This document shows, piece after piece, positions 30,101-40,091 of a stretch of 64,000 nucleotides of DNA. Each line of letters opens with the position of its first letter. Positions within the stretch are counted from its first letter, which is position 1. The notes beneath the pieces were generated by a model. That model saw only the letters and a program-made list of their open reading frames with translations, had not been told where the DNA came from and did not search any database. This stretch comes from an uncultured Clostridium sp. (GTDB lineage: Bacteria > Bacillota > Clostridia > TANB77 > CAG-508). Location: the NCBI GenBank assembly GCA_964370905.1, contig CAYJKK010000003.1, forward strand, positions 43,118 to 107,117. The letters run 5' to 3'. Made by a program: the position numbers and the translations under genes.

Positions 30101-33100
30101 TTGTTAATTTCAATTCTTCTTTCTTAGCCTTAGGAGGAGACTCTTTAAATGCAATTAATTTAAATATTAAAATTGATAATATATTTAATGTATCACTAAG
30201 TGTTAAAGATATTTTAGCTTGTCAATATATCAAGGATATTTCTACTAAAATTAATGCTTTGTCATCTTCTAGTATTAATACTATAAAACTTTCTAAAGTT
30301 TCTGAAAAAGAATATTACAATGTTTCTTCTTCACAAAAATCTATTTATTATGCTAGTAAAATTGATTCTTCTAATATTGCATATAATACACCTGGAAAAT
30401 TAATGCTTGAAGGTGAACTTGATGTTGAAAAATTAGAAAATGCAATCAATTCTTTAATTGAATTACAAGAATCTTTTAGAACATATTTTATTACTTTAGA
30501 AAATGGAGATATAGTACAAAAAATATTACCTACAGCAGAAATTTCAATTGATATAATAGAATGTGATGATTTGACTCTTGATAAATTAATATTAGATTCA
30601 ATTAAACCGTTTAATTTAGAAATAGCTCCAATACTTAGAGTTAAACTTTTCAAAATTTGTTCAACTAAACATATTTTAGTATTTGACACTCATCACATTA
30701 TTATTGATGGCATGTCTTTACAAATTTTCTTAAAGCAAATTGAATTGTTTTACAATGATACTGCTGATTTAAACTTAAGTATTACATATAAAGATTATTC
30801 TGAATGGGAAAATAAAATATTAAAGAATAATATTCTAGAAAATGAAGAAAACTACTGGGTATCAAAATTTGGTAACTATGATATACCCATTTTAAACTTA
30901 CCAACAGATTATAATAGAAAATTAATTTCTACTTTTAGAGGTGACAAAATTATGTCTATTATTGCAGATTCTCTTCATGATAAAATAAACGTTATTTGCA
31001 GAACTTATAATATTACACCAAATGCATTTTTATTTACTGCATACTATATTCTTTTATCGAAATACTCAAGTCAAAATGATATTGTTATTGGTACGCCAAC
31101 AATAAATCGTTCTAAACCTGAATTATTTGATATTATAGGTGTATTTATTAATACATTGCCTATACGAATACAACACAATGATAACACTTCATGCAAAGAT
31201 TTAATTTTAAATATACAAGAATTACTACTTGATGGTATTTCAAATGGTAATTTCCCTTTAAATAAAATTTTGGATACTTTAAAAATCAAAAGAGATGCAA
31301 GTAGAAATCCTTTATTTGATACAATGTTTACATTTCAAAGTAATGGTGATTTAAACCTTAATTTAAATAATCTATCAACTAACATAGAATATATAAATAC
31401 TAATATTTCTAAATTAGATTTATCTTTAGAAATTATTCCTACAACTGATTCATATGAAATTACATTAGAATACTCTATTGATTTATTTGAAAAGGCGACA
31501 ATAACACGAATGTTAAATAACTATCTATATATTGTTGATAATTTATGTACAACATTGTCATCTAATCAAGATATATCATTGTCTAGTTTTGAAATAATAT
31601 CTAACAATGAAAAAAATACTTTACTATACGATTTCAATAATACGCAAAATACTTTTAACGAATCATTAACAATACATCAACTTTTTGAAGAACAAGTAAA
31701 ATATAATCCAGATAAAATTGCTGTTGTTTCTAATAATCAAAGTTTGACATATAGAGAATTAAATGAAAAAGCTAATCAAATAGCATCATATATCAAGAAT
31801 AATTATAGTGTATCAACTAATGATATAATAGGTCTATTAACAACTAGAACTCGTGAACTAACTCTTGGACAAATTGCAATATTAAAAACTGGTTGTGCCT
31901 ATCTTCCTATTGATCCAACTTACCCAGAAGATAGAGTAAATTACATGCTAGAAAATAGCAAAACAAAATTAGTTCTAACTAACTTGTCTGAAAATTCATA
32001 TAATAATAAGTTATGTGACTTTATAAATATCAAAATTGAAACTGATAATATAATTTATTCATCTAATAATATCCAAAATTTAAATTATGGTGATAGCAAA
32101 AGTTTATGCTATGTGATATATACTTCTGGTTCAACTGGAAAGCCTAAGGGTGTTGCATTAACTCATATTAATGTACATAATTTTATTAATGGAGCCACAC
32201 AAGAAATAGATTTTTTTAATAAAAATATGTTATCTGTTACAACTATGTCTTTTGATATATTCTTAGTTGAAAGTTTATTACCATTAACAAAAGGTTTAAA
32301 AATAATATTAGCAAATGAAGATGAGCAAAACATTCCAAAATTACTTAGTGATCTTGTATATGATCATGATGCTCATATAATTCAAACAACGCCTTCAAGA
32401 TATAATTTATTACTAAATGATACAGATAACATATCATTTTTTAGTAATTTTGCGGATATTATAACTGGTGGTGAACCAATAACAAAAAAATTATTGACAA
32501 ATTTACAAAATATATCTAGTGCAAATATTTATAATATTTATGGTCCTACAGAAACAACAGTATGGTCTACAATGGCTGATTTAACTGGTGAAAAAGATAT
32601 TACTATAGGTAAACCTATTCATAATACTAATATATATATATTAGATAGAAATAAACAATTATTGCCTATTGGCGCAATTGGTGAAATACATATAGGAGGA
32701 AAAGGAGTTGGAAAAGGTTATTTATTTAATAATGATTTAACATCCAAAAGTTTTATACATAATCCTTACAATTCCAATGAAATTATTTATAATACTGGAG
32801 ATATCGGAAAATGGCTTCCTGATGGAAATATTCTATGTTTAGGAAGATCTGATAATCAAATTAAAATTTCTGGAAATAGAGTGGAGTTATCTGAAATTGA
32901 AAAAGTAATTTTACAAAAAAATAATATTACTAATGCTATTGTACTATTAAAAACTGATTCATCAAATAGACAATTTTTATGTGCATATGTTGTATCAAAA
33001 GATCGAATTAGTCAATCTGATTTGAGAAAACATATTTCTAAATTTTTACCACCATATATGATTCCTTCAGCTATGGTTCAAATGGATAAAATACCGTATA

Positions 33101-34644
33101 CACCAAATGGTAAAATAAACAAATTAGCATTACCTGAACCTGATAAAACTCTCGATACAGCAAATTATGTACCACCTCAAACGCAATTACAAACATCTCT
33201 TGTTACAATGTGGGAAAGCTTATTACCTATTAGACCAATAGGTATCACAGATAACTTCTTTGAGATAGGTGGAGATTCAATACTAGCAATGCAATTACAG
33301 ATAAAACTGCTAAATAATGGATATAAACTTACATATGCAGATTTATATTCAAATCCAACTATAGCTAACTTAGAACAAACTTTAAATAATTCTAACTTAA
33401 TTGATACTATAATTGATTCTAATATGGCTGAAAAATTAGACTTTTCTAATACATTACATAATAATTTAGATTTACCAGATATTATTTCTAAACATGAAAT
33501 TGGAAATTTATTATTAACTGGTGCTACTGGATATTTAGGTGCACATATATTAGATTATTTTCTCTCTAATACAACTGGAAATGTTTATTGTATTTTAAGA
33601 AAAGATCCTGGTTTAAGTGTTGAAGAAAAATTAACAAAAAAATTAAAATATTATTTTAATGATAAATATTTAGGATATATCAATAATCGTATATTTGCTA
33701 TAGAAACTGATTTTTCTCAAGATAATATTGGGCTTTCAATTGAATCCTATAATGATTTATCTACTAAAGTAGATTTTGTTATTAATTCTGCAGCTAAAGT
33801 TTCACATTTTGGAAATTATGACGACTTCAAAAAAATAAATGTAACAGGAACTCAAAGACTTTTAGATTTTTGTATGAACTTCAACAAAAAATTCATACAA
33901 ATATCAACGATGAGTGTATCCGGAAATGCTTTTGCTGATACATTTACTAAAACTGATGATTTTAAAACTGAATACACTTTTACTGAAAAAGATTTTTATA
34001 TAAAGCAACCTTTAGAAAATGTATATATTAGAACTAAATTTGAAGCAGAAGCTTTAATTCTACAGAAAATCTCTGAGGGACTTAATGGATATATACATAG
34101 AGTTGGAAATTTAACTAACAGATATTCTGATGGACATTTTCAACCAAATGTAAATGATAATGCCTTTATGAATAGACTTAAAACTTTTTCTGAAATAGGT
34201 TACATACCTGAAGCTATGAAATCTGGATATATGGAGTTTACCCCTATAGATAAAACTGCAGAAGCTATTATAAAATTAATTCAACATTCTACAACTCAAA
34301 ACAGAATTTTTCATTTATATAATAATAATCATATAGATATTCCTGTTTTTACAGAGGTATTATATAAATTATATAATAAGAAAATTTCAATTGTAAAAGA
34401 TGATGATTTTTATAAACAAATTAACGAATTATTTACAAATACTAATAGCTTAGACATTTTACAAAAAATAATTTCAGATTTTGACGAAAATAAAAAATTA
34501 AATTATGAATCTAATATAAAATTAAACTGTGACTTTACTGTTAAATATTTAAGTAAGTTAGGATTTTCTTGGAATAATACTGACTCTGACTATTTACAAA
34601 AAGTGTTTAACTATTTAATTTATATTAATTTCTTAGAAATATAG
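27178..34644 (+). CDS. bimodular non-ribosomal peptide synthetase, C-A-T-C-A-T-R (terminal thioester reductase)
   Basis: - C1: HHIVSDAWS.
- A1: LIYTSGSTGKPKGV, NMYGPTETT, GELYIGGDGVSNGY, GRTDFQVKINGYRVE, PNGKIDR.
- T1: LGGDSLNAI.
- C2: HHIIIDGMS.
- A2: VIYTSGSTGKPKGV, NIYGPTETT, GEIHIGGKGVGKGY, PNGKINK.
- T2: IGGDSILAM.
- R: LLTGATGYLGAHIL and YIRTK. Confidence 0.95.
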   Translation: MKTHELLNLSNTQKNIWLSELMYPNTSLNSISGTLFFQEPINIEILEKSIKMFVQHNSFLLTQIKLENGLPFQFIDEHLKIPVNVHTLTSINDLKTLEKNVAKHSFTLIESPLFTFDAFTLPDGTGGLVSCLHHIVSDAWSFGLMAVGIKDIYVSLSQNSELPEKKPSYIEYLDLEHEYLNSSKFEKSKLFWESTYENFPDLSTLKLYTDNSVDVTADRMSFTLDNDISKKIDIYSKTNNISKYSLFMAIFSMYLSRVSRNDDVIIGTPFLNRSTFREKNSMGIFINTMPNRISVDHNLPFIEFVKNVGKTQMSVMRHQKYPYTEILEYTHKKHNLSRNIYDFIISYQNARDDSKDSSIQYTTNWNFQYAILNSLQIHMFDMDDTGNLTLYYDYQLNKYTSEEISEIHSRILFILEQVTSNNINLNEIEIVTPNEKQLLLFDLNKTDVPYDETETVHQLFEEQVNRTPDKVALVFKNTEMTYDEVNKKANSLANYLRKSNVKPNDIIGVCTQRSFEMIIGILGILKAGAAYLPIDPEYPIDRISYMLEDSNCKHVLTTNKTDLLFTSNTSNIINLNIELHDSNNIFSSYNTDNLNSVSSPEDLIYLIYTSGSTGKPKGVMLTHKNLRNCVLALYRLVDFNEDKTMISLTTICFDIFVAEIFGSLLSGLKLVIASEEEQTNPKLLNDLCLKHNVHIIQTTPSRYSILFTSNQLELFKNTTDVLLAGEPIPPHLLKGIQKNSTANIYNMYGPTETTVWATTKDVTRSTEISIGPPITNTKTYILDKFGHLLPPNIPGELYIGGDGVSNGYLNRPDLTKEKFIKSLYFDNMTIYNSGDLAYIKKDGDIMHLGRTDFQVKINGYRVEIGEIESKILSYDNISNVIVLYKNNGLVCYYTATNKLDNHELITYLLEYLPHYMIPSHFEYLETMPLTPNGKIDRSKLPEITKTEIDDNFLEASSETDKKLETIIKEVLKIDIVNFNSSFLALGGDSLNAINLNIKIDNIFNVSLSVKDILACQYIKDISTKINALSSSSINTIKLSKVSEKEYYNVSSSQKSIYYASKIDSSNIAYNTPGKLMLEGELDVEKLENAINSLIELQESFRTYFITLENGDIVQKILPTAEISIDIIECDDLTLDKLILDSIKPFNLEIAPILRVKLFKICSTKHILVFDTHHIIIDGMSLQIFLKQIELFYNDTADLNLSITYKDYSEWENKILKNNILENEENYWVSKFGNYDIPILNLPTDYNRKLISTFRGDKIMSIIADSLHDKINVICRTYNITPNAFLFTAYYILLSKYSSQNDIVIGTPTINRSKPELFDIIGVFINTLPIRIQHNDNTSCKDLILNIQELLLDGISNGNFPLNKILDTLKIKRDASRNPLFDTMFTFQSNGDLNLNLNNLSTNIEYINTNISKLDLSLEIIPTTDSYEITLEYSIDLFEKATITRMLNNYLYIVDNLCTTLSSNQDISLSSFEIISNNEKNTLLYDFNNTQNTFNESLTIHQLFEEQVKYNPDKIAVVSNNQSLTYRELNEKANQIASYIKNNYSVSTNDIIGLLTTRTRELTLGQIAILKTGCAYLPIDPTYPEDRVNYMLENSKTKLVLTNLSENSYNNKLCDFINIKIETDNIIYSSNNIQNLNYGDSKSLCYVIYTSGSTGKPKGVALTHINVHNFINGATQEIDFFNKNMLSVTTMSFDIFLVESLLPLTKGLKIILANEDEQNIPKLLSDLVYDHDAHIIQTTPSRYNLLLNDTDNISFFSNFADIITGGEPITKKLLTNLQNISSANIYNIYGPTETTVWSTMADLTGEKDITIGKPIHNTNIYILDRNKQLLPIGAIGEIHIGGKGVGKGYLFNNDLTSKSFIHNPYNSNEIIYNTGDIGKWLPDGNILCLGRSDNQIKISGNRVELSEIEKVILQKNNITNAIVLLKTDSSNRQFLCAYVVSKDRISQSDLRKHISKFLPPYMIPSAMVQMDKIPYTPNGKINKLALPEPDKTLDTANYVPPQTQLQTSLVTMWESLLPIRPIGITDNFFEIGGDSILAMQLQIKLLNNGYKLTYADLYSNPTIANLEQTLNNSNLIDTIIDSNMAEKLDFSNTLHNNLDLPDIISKHEIGNLLLTGATGYLGAHILDYFLSNTTGNVYCILRKDPGLSVEEKLTKKLKYYFNDKYLGYINNRIFAIETDFSQDNIGLSIESYNDLSTKVDFVINSAAKVSHFGNYDDFKKINVTGTQRLLDFCMNFNKKFIQISTMSVSGNAFADTFTKTDDFKTEYTFTEKDFYIKQPLENVYIRTKFEAEALILQKISEGLNGYIHRVGNLTNRYSDGHFQPNVNDNAFMNRLKTFSEIGYIPEAMKSGYMEFTPIDKTAEAIIKLIQHSTTQNRIFHLYNNNHIDIPVFTEVLYKLYNKKISIVKDDDFYKQINELFTNTNSLDILQKIISDFDENKKLNYESNIKLNCDFTVKYLSKLGFSWNNTDSDYLQKVFNYLIYINFLEI

Positions 34645-34654
34645 GAGGAATACA

Positions 34655-36472
34655 ATGCTTACTAATACAATTACTTTTGGTATACTTGCTCTAGTAATAG
34701 TTATAATGCTGATTTTATCATTTTTCATTTATAAGATTAAAAATAAAACTCAACTTCGTAGTGCATTTTTAATAATATTATTCGAATTAATTGCTTGGTG
34801 TGGTCTATTGATGGGGCAAATTGCCCTATCAACGCCACTTAATATAAATCCTTTTGAGTTTGATAAATTTGTGTATATTTTTTCATCAACTATTCCTATA
34901 ATGATTTTTATTTTAGGAAAATTGTTTAATGATACAAAAATAAAATTTACACTAATATATTTAACATTGTTTATTATACCAATTATTTCATTAGGAATTC
35001 TTTGGACAAATGACTTACATCATTTATTTTATATTGAATATTCTATTAATAATGATGAAGTTATATTTGGAAACTATTTTATAATACATACTATTTACTC
35101 ATATGCGTTATTATTAATTGGAATGTTCTCATTTGTGTCATATTCTGTTAAAAATTCTGGATTCTTTTCAAAACAATCCATTTTAATTATTGCTGGAACA
35201 GTAATTCCTGTATTATTTAATTTATTACATACCTTTAATATTATTGAAAGCTCAATTTATTTAACTCCAATTACATTTATATTAGGAATATCATTCTATG
35301 CATTAGCTGTCTTTAAATTTGAATTTATAAATGTAGCACCAATTGCTTTACAAAAAGTAGTAGATAGGATATCAGATGGTTTTATAGTAATAAATGAAAA
35401 TGGAGAAATTGTAGATTATAATAATTCCTTATTACAATTATTTAATATAAAATCAAGACAAGCATTAAGAAATCAGCCAATTAAAAAATTTTTAATGGAT
35501 TTATCTGCTCAAGATACAAAACTTACTACTAATCTTTTAAAAGCTATTAATGTTACTAAACAAAAAAATAATACAATTGTTTTAGAACATTATTTTAACG
35601 ACATTGATAAATACTTTAATATTGAAATAAATTGTATATATAGTAAAAAAACTTATTTAAGTACTATGATATTATTTAAGGATATAACTCAACACACTAG
35701 AGATTTAGAAACAATTAAAAATAATCAAGATATGCTAATGGAAAAAGAACGTTTAGCATCACTTGGACAACTAATAGGTGGAATTGCACATAATTTAAAA
35801 ACTCCAATTATGTCAATATCTGGTGCTTCTGAAGGTTTACATGATTTAGTAAAAGAATATGATTCTTCTATAGAAGATCCAGATGTTACACCTAAAGATC
35901 ATCACGAAATTGCTAGCGAAATGACCGAATGGATAAATAAAATACATAACTATACTCAATATATGTCTGACATAATAACAGCCGTTAAAGGGCAAGCTGT
36001 GAACTTTAACAATGATGATAATTTTACTTTTACTATTGAAGAACTTTTACAAAGAATTGATATCTTAATGAAACATGAACTTAAATCTGCAAGAATTAAT
36101 TTAAATGTATCTGTAGAAGTATCTTCAAGTTCAACAATAACTGGAGATATAAATAGCTTAGTACAAGTTATTAATAATATGATTTCAAATTCTATACAAG
36201 CTTATTCTGGTAAAGAAAATGAAAATATTGATTTAAATATCTCTGAAAATAAATCTCATATTATTATACAATTAAAAGATTATGCTTCAGGCTTACCTGC
36301 AAAAGTTAAAGATAAACTATTTAAAGAGATGATAACTACAAAAGGTAAAAACGGAACAGGTTTAGGATTATATATGTCGTATTCTACTATTAGAGGACAT
36401 TTTCATGGTGATATTACAGTAGAATCTAAAGAAAATTTAGGTACAACTTTTAATATAATTTTACCAAAATAA
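34655..36472 (+). CDS. multi-pass (about 7 TM) sensor histidine kinase with PAS-like linker
   Basis: Starts 10 nt after the NRPS stop, behind a GGAGG SD. N-terminal ~230 aa are all TM helices. H-box LASLGQLIGGIAHNLKTP, G box GTGLGLYMS. Confidence 0.9.
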   Translation: MLTNTITFGILALVIVIMLILSFFIYKIKNKTQLRSAFLIILFELIAWCGLLMGQIALSTPLNINPFEFDKFVYIFSSTIPIMIFILGKLFNDTKIKFTLIYLTLFIIPIISLGILWTNDLHHLFYIEYSINNDEVIFGNYFIIHTIYSYALLLIGMFSFVSYSVKNSGFFSKQSILIIAGTVIPVLFNLLHTFNIIESSIYLTPITFILGISFYALAVFKFEFINVAPIALQKVVDRISDGFIVINENGEIVDYNNSLLQLFNIKSRQALRNQPIKKFLMDLSAQDTKLTTNLLKAINVTKQKNNTIVLEHYFNDIDKYFNIEINCIYSKKTYLSTMILFKDITQHTRDLETIKNNQDMLMEKERLASLGQLIGGIAHNLKTPIMSISGASEGLHDLVKEYDSSIEDPDVTPKDHHEIASEMTEWINKIHNYTQYMSDIITAVKGQAVNFNNDDNFTFTIEELLQRIDILMKHELKSARINLNVSVEVSSSSTITGDINSLVQVINNMISNSIQAYSGKENENIDLNISENKSHIIIQLKDYASGLPAKVKDKLFKEMITTKGKNGTGLGLYMSYSTIRGHFHGDITVESKENLGTTFNIILPK

Positions 36473-36484
36473 TTTCAATATCTA

Positions 36485-36531
36485 AAAGTGATAATAACTT
36501 ATATCATCCATAAGTTAATATCACTTTTTTC
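36485..36531 (+). terminator. strong rho-independent terminator after the kinase gene
   Basis: 18-bp stem with one mismatch (AAAGTGATAATAACTTAT / ATAAGTTAATATCACTTT) followed by a T-run. Confidence 0.7.
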
Positions 36532-36615
36532 ATATTATTTTTTTCTAAAAAACTTGCTTTTTGTTGTTTTTATTAATATAATTATCCTATACATAGAATA
36601 AAGAGGGTTAGATAT

Positions 36616-37708
36616 ATGAGAAAAGGTATAAACAATTTATCAAATGAAAGCAATAGTTCTTATAGAATAATAGGTGTTGATGATGAAGTAGGTATATTAG
36701 ATTCATTATCAATTTATTTAAAAAGATCTGGTTACGAATTTGTAGGTGTAACGGATCCTAGAGAAGCTATTGAAAAAGTAAAAAATGAAAAGTTCGATTT
36801 AATGGTATTAGATTTTATAATGTCTCCATTCCATGGAGATCAAGTAGTTGAAGAAATTAGAAAATTCAATACAGAACTATATATATTATTGTTAACAGGA
36901 CATAAAGATTTAGCACCACCTTTAGAAACAATTAAAAAGTTAGATATTCAACGGCTATTGTGAAAAAAGTAATAGATTTGATCAACTTCTTTTACTTATA
37001 GAATCTGGAATAAAATCCATATCACAGATGCGTGAAATCAAAAAAATAAATGAACAATTACAGACAACTTATGAAAAATTAGAAACATCTTATCTAGAAA
37101 GTATTCAAACTTTACGTTATACTGTAGAGGTTAAAGATACCTATACACGTGGTCATTCTGATCGAGTTTCTGAATTTTCTATTTTAATCGGCAAATATTT
37201 AAATTTATCTGAAAATGATTTAAATACATTAAAAATAGGTGGATTGTTCCATGATGTTGGTAAAATTGGAGTTCCAGATACAATCTTACAAAAAGATTCT
37301 AGACTAACAGATGAGGAATATTCAGAAATTAAAAATCATCCATCTATTGGAGCACATATTTTATCTACTGCTAGTATATTCAAAGATATTATTCCTATTG
37401 TAAAACATCATCATGAAAAATATGACGGTACAGGGTATCCAAGTATGTTAAAAGGTGAAAATATTCCATATTTAGCTAGAATAGCAGCAATAGCAGATGG
37501 ATTTGATGCTATGATGTCTAAGCGTACTTATAGAAATCCACTAGATTTAGAATATGTAATAAGTGAATTTAAAAGATGCAAAGGAACTCAATTTGATCCT
37601 AATATTGCTGATACTTTTCTTGATATTTTAGAAAATCATTTTGATGAAATTTTAGCTATTCAAGAAAAATATAATACTGTCGATCCAACAAGTATGTTAA
37701 ATGTATAG
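36616..37708 (+). pseudogene. REC / HD-GYP response regulator (RpfG-type c-di-GMP phosphodiesterase), frame broken at in-frame CGG (36952-36954)
   Basis: REC fragment 36616..36963 ends ...KKLDIQ-CGG-LL*. The +1 frame reads GYCEKSNRFDQLLLLIESGIKSISQMREIKK... straight into ORF 37028..37708 (HDVGKIGVPD, HHHEKYDGTGYP). Confidence 0.85.
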
Positions 37709-37711
37709 ATT

Positions 37712-37756
37712 AAAGCAAAATAAAAAACCATATAATATGGTTTTTTATTTTGCTTT
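37712..37756. terminator. 45-nt perfect palindrome (22-bp arms), bidirectional terminator between the regulator and tex
   Basis: AAAGCAAAATAAAAAACCATAT-A-ATATGGTTTTTTATTTTGCTTT. Confidence 0.7.
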
Positions 37757-37780
37757 TTAACTTTTTTAGTAATTTATTTT

Positions 37781-37810
37781 TAGTTTAATTTAGCTTAATT
37801 TAGTTTAATT
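37781..37810. repeat. 3 x 10-bp tandem repeat (TAGYTTAATT)
   Basis: tagtttaatt tagcttaatt tagtttaatt, directly downstream of the tex stop. Confidence 0.6.
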
Positions 37811-37816
37811 TTAAAA

Positions 37817-40000
37817 TTATTTTCTCATTGATAATCCTACTTTTTGTCTCTCTTTATCAATTTTTATCACTTTAACTTTTACAACATCTCCAACAGAAAC
37901 AATATCTGATGGGTTTTTAATAAATTTTTCACTCATTTCAGATATATGTACAAGTCCATCATTTTTAACTCCAATATCCACAAATGCACCAAAATCAATT
38001 ACATTTCTAACTGTTCCTGTTAATTCCATACCTTCTTTTAAATCTTCTAATTTAAGTACATCACTTCTTAATATTGGTTTTGGCATATCTTCTCTTGGAT
38101 CTCTTCCTGGTTTAATTAATTCTGCAATAATGTCTTTTAATGTTATCTCTCCTATACCTAATTCTTCTGAAACTTTTACAATATCTAAACTACTTAATTT
38201 TTCTATTATTTTTACTAACTTATCTTTATCTAATAAATCTTCTTTTTTCATCTCTATAGTATTTAATAACTTTTCTACAATTTCATATGTCTCTGGATGA
38301 ACAGATGTTATTTCTAACGGGTTATCTCCATCAAAAATTCTTAAAAATCCTGCACATTGTTCAAAAGCAACTTTTCCTAATTTAGGAACTTTCAATAATT
38401 GTTTTCTATTTTTTAATTTACCATTTTCTTCTCTATATTTTACTATATTTTTAGCAATTGTACTATTAATACCAGATACATATGATAAAAGTGATGGTGT
38501 TGCAGTATTTACATCTACTCCAACTTTATTAACACTATCTTCAACAACTCCAGTTAAACTTTCTGCTAATCTTTTTTGATTTACATCATGTTGATATTGT
38601 CCTACTCCTATTGCTTTAGGATCTATCTTTACTAATTCAGCTAGCGGATCTTGTAATCTTCTAGCAATAGAAATTGCTCCTCTTATAGAAACATTTATAT
38701 CTGGATATTCTTCACTTGCTAATTTAGATGCTGAATACACCGATGCACCTGCTTCACTTACTATTACATAATGTATATCTTTTTCTATTTCTTTTAACAT
38801 TTCTGACACAAACATTTCTGACTCTCTAGATGCTGTTCCATTTCCAATTGCTATCATATCTATATCATATTTTTCTATTAATTTTTTTAATTCGTTTTTA
38901 GATTCTTCCACTTTTTTTTGTGGCTCTGTTGGATATACTGTTGTATAATCTTCTACTTTTCCTGTTTCATCTATTACTGCTATCTTGCAACCTGTTCTAT
39001 ATGCTGGGTCAAATCCCATTACACTTTTTCCCTTAATTGGAGCACCTAATAATAGCTGTTTAGAATTTTGTCCAAATACCTTTATTGCTTTTTCTTCTGC
39101 TTTTTCTGTTAAATCTGATCTTATTTCCCTATCTATCGATGGCTCTATTAATCTAGAAAAACTATCTTCTATTGTTTCTTTTAACATTTTTGTATATTGC
39201 GTATCACCTTTAATTATATCTTTTTCTATATAACTTAATATTTTTTCCAGATTTTTTTCTAACTTAACTTTTAAAAAGTCTTCTTTTTCTCCTCTATTTA
39301 TTGCTAAAATTCTATGGCTTGGAATAAATTTAATTAATTCTTGGTAATTGTAGTACATTTCATAATTTGACTTTGATTCCTCATTTGATGCCTTTGTTAC
39401 TACTAATCCTTCTACAAAATATATTCTTTTTATTTCTTTTCTATACTTAGGTTCATCTGATATTATTTCAGCTATAATATCTAGCGCTCCTGAAATAGCA
39501 TCTTCTTCAGTTGCTACTACTTTATCTTTATTTTCTTTATCGTCATCTGATAATGTATCAATATTAATATATTGTTTTGCTATTTCTAATATATCTTCTT
39601 TCTTTTCTTGTGCTAATATTATTTCTGCAAGTGATTCTAAACCTTTTGCTTTTGCAACAGTTGCTCTTGTTTTTTTCTTTTGCTTATACGGTCTATATAT
39701 ATCTTCTACTTCAGCTAGTGTCTTAGCTATTTCAACATTAGCTGATATTTCTTCTGTTAGTTTTCCTAATTCACTAATTGTATTTATTACTTCTTCTTTT
39801 CTTTGTTCTAAATTTCTTAAATAATTTAATCTATCTCCTAATTCTCTTAGTATTTCATCACTTAATCCACCTGTAACTTCTTTTCTATAACGTGCAATAA
39901 ATGGTATTGTGTTTCCCTCATCAATTAATTTAACAGTATTTTCTACTTGTTCATTCTTTATTTTCAATTCACTTGCTATAGTATTTATAATCTTATTCAT
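37817..40000 (-). CDS. tex: Tex-like RNA-binding transcription accessory protein
   Basis: 727 aa. N-terminal IPFIARYRKE, central YqgF/RuvC-like and HhH regions, C-terminal S1 domain GTVRNVIDFGAFVDIG...GDVVKVKVIKID. Confidence 0.9.
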   Translation of the reverse strand: MNKIINTIASELKIKNEQVENTVKLIDEGNTIPFIARYRKEVTGGLSDEILRELGDRLNYLRNLEQRKEEVINTISELGKLTEEISANVEIAKTLAEVEDIYRPYKQKKKTRATVAKAKGLESLAEIILAQEKKEDILEIAKQYINIDTLSDDDKENKDKVVATEEDAISGALDIIAEIISDEPKYRKEIKRIYFVEGLVVTKASNEESKSNYEMYYNYQELIKFIPSHRILAINRGEKEDFLKVKLEKNLEKILSYIEKDIIKGDTQYTKMLKETIEDSFSRLIEPSIDREIRSDLTEKAEEKAIKVFGQNSKQLLLGAPIKGKSVMGFDPAYRTGCKIAVIDETGKVEDYTTVYPTEPQKKVEESKNELKKLIEKYDIDMIAIGNGTASRESEMFVSEMLKEIEKDIHYVIVSEAGASVYSASKLASEEYPDINVSIRGAISIARRLQDPLAELVKIDPKAIGVGQYQHDVNQKRLAESLTGVVEDSVNKVGVDVNTATPSLLSYVSGINSTIAKNIVKYREENGKLKNRKQLLKVPKLGKVAFEQCAGFLRIFDGDNPLEITSVHPETYEIVEKLLNTIEMKKEDLLDKDKLVKIIEKLSSLDIVKVSEELGIGEITLKDIIAELIKPGRDPREDMPKPILRSDVLKLEDLKEGMELTGTVRNVIDFGAFVDIGVKNDGLVHISEMSEKFIKNPSDIVSVGDVVKVKVIKIDKERQKVGLSMRK

Positions 40001-40091
40001 CTGTAATTTTCTCCTATTCTATTTTAGGAGCGACTTCTCGCTCCTAATTTTTATATGCAATATTTAACTTTATTTTTTATATAGTGTCTAT

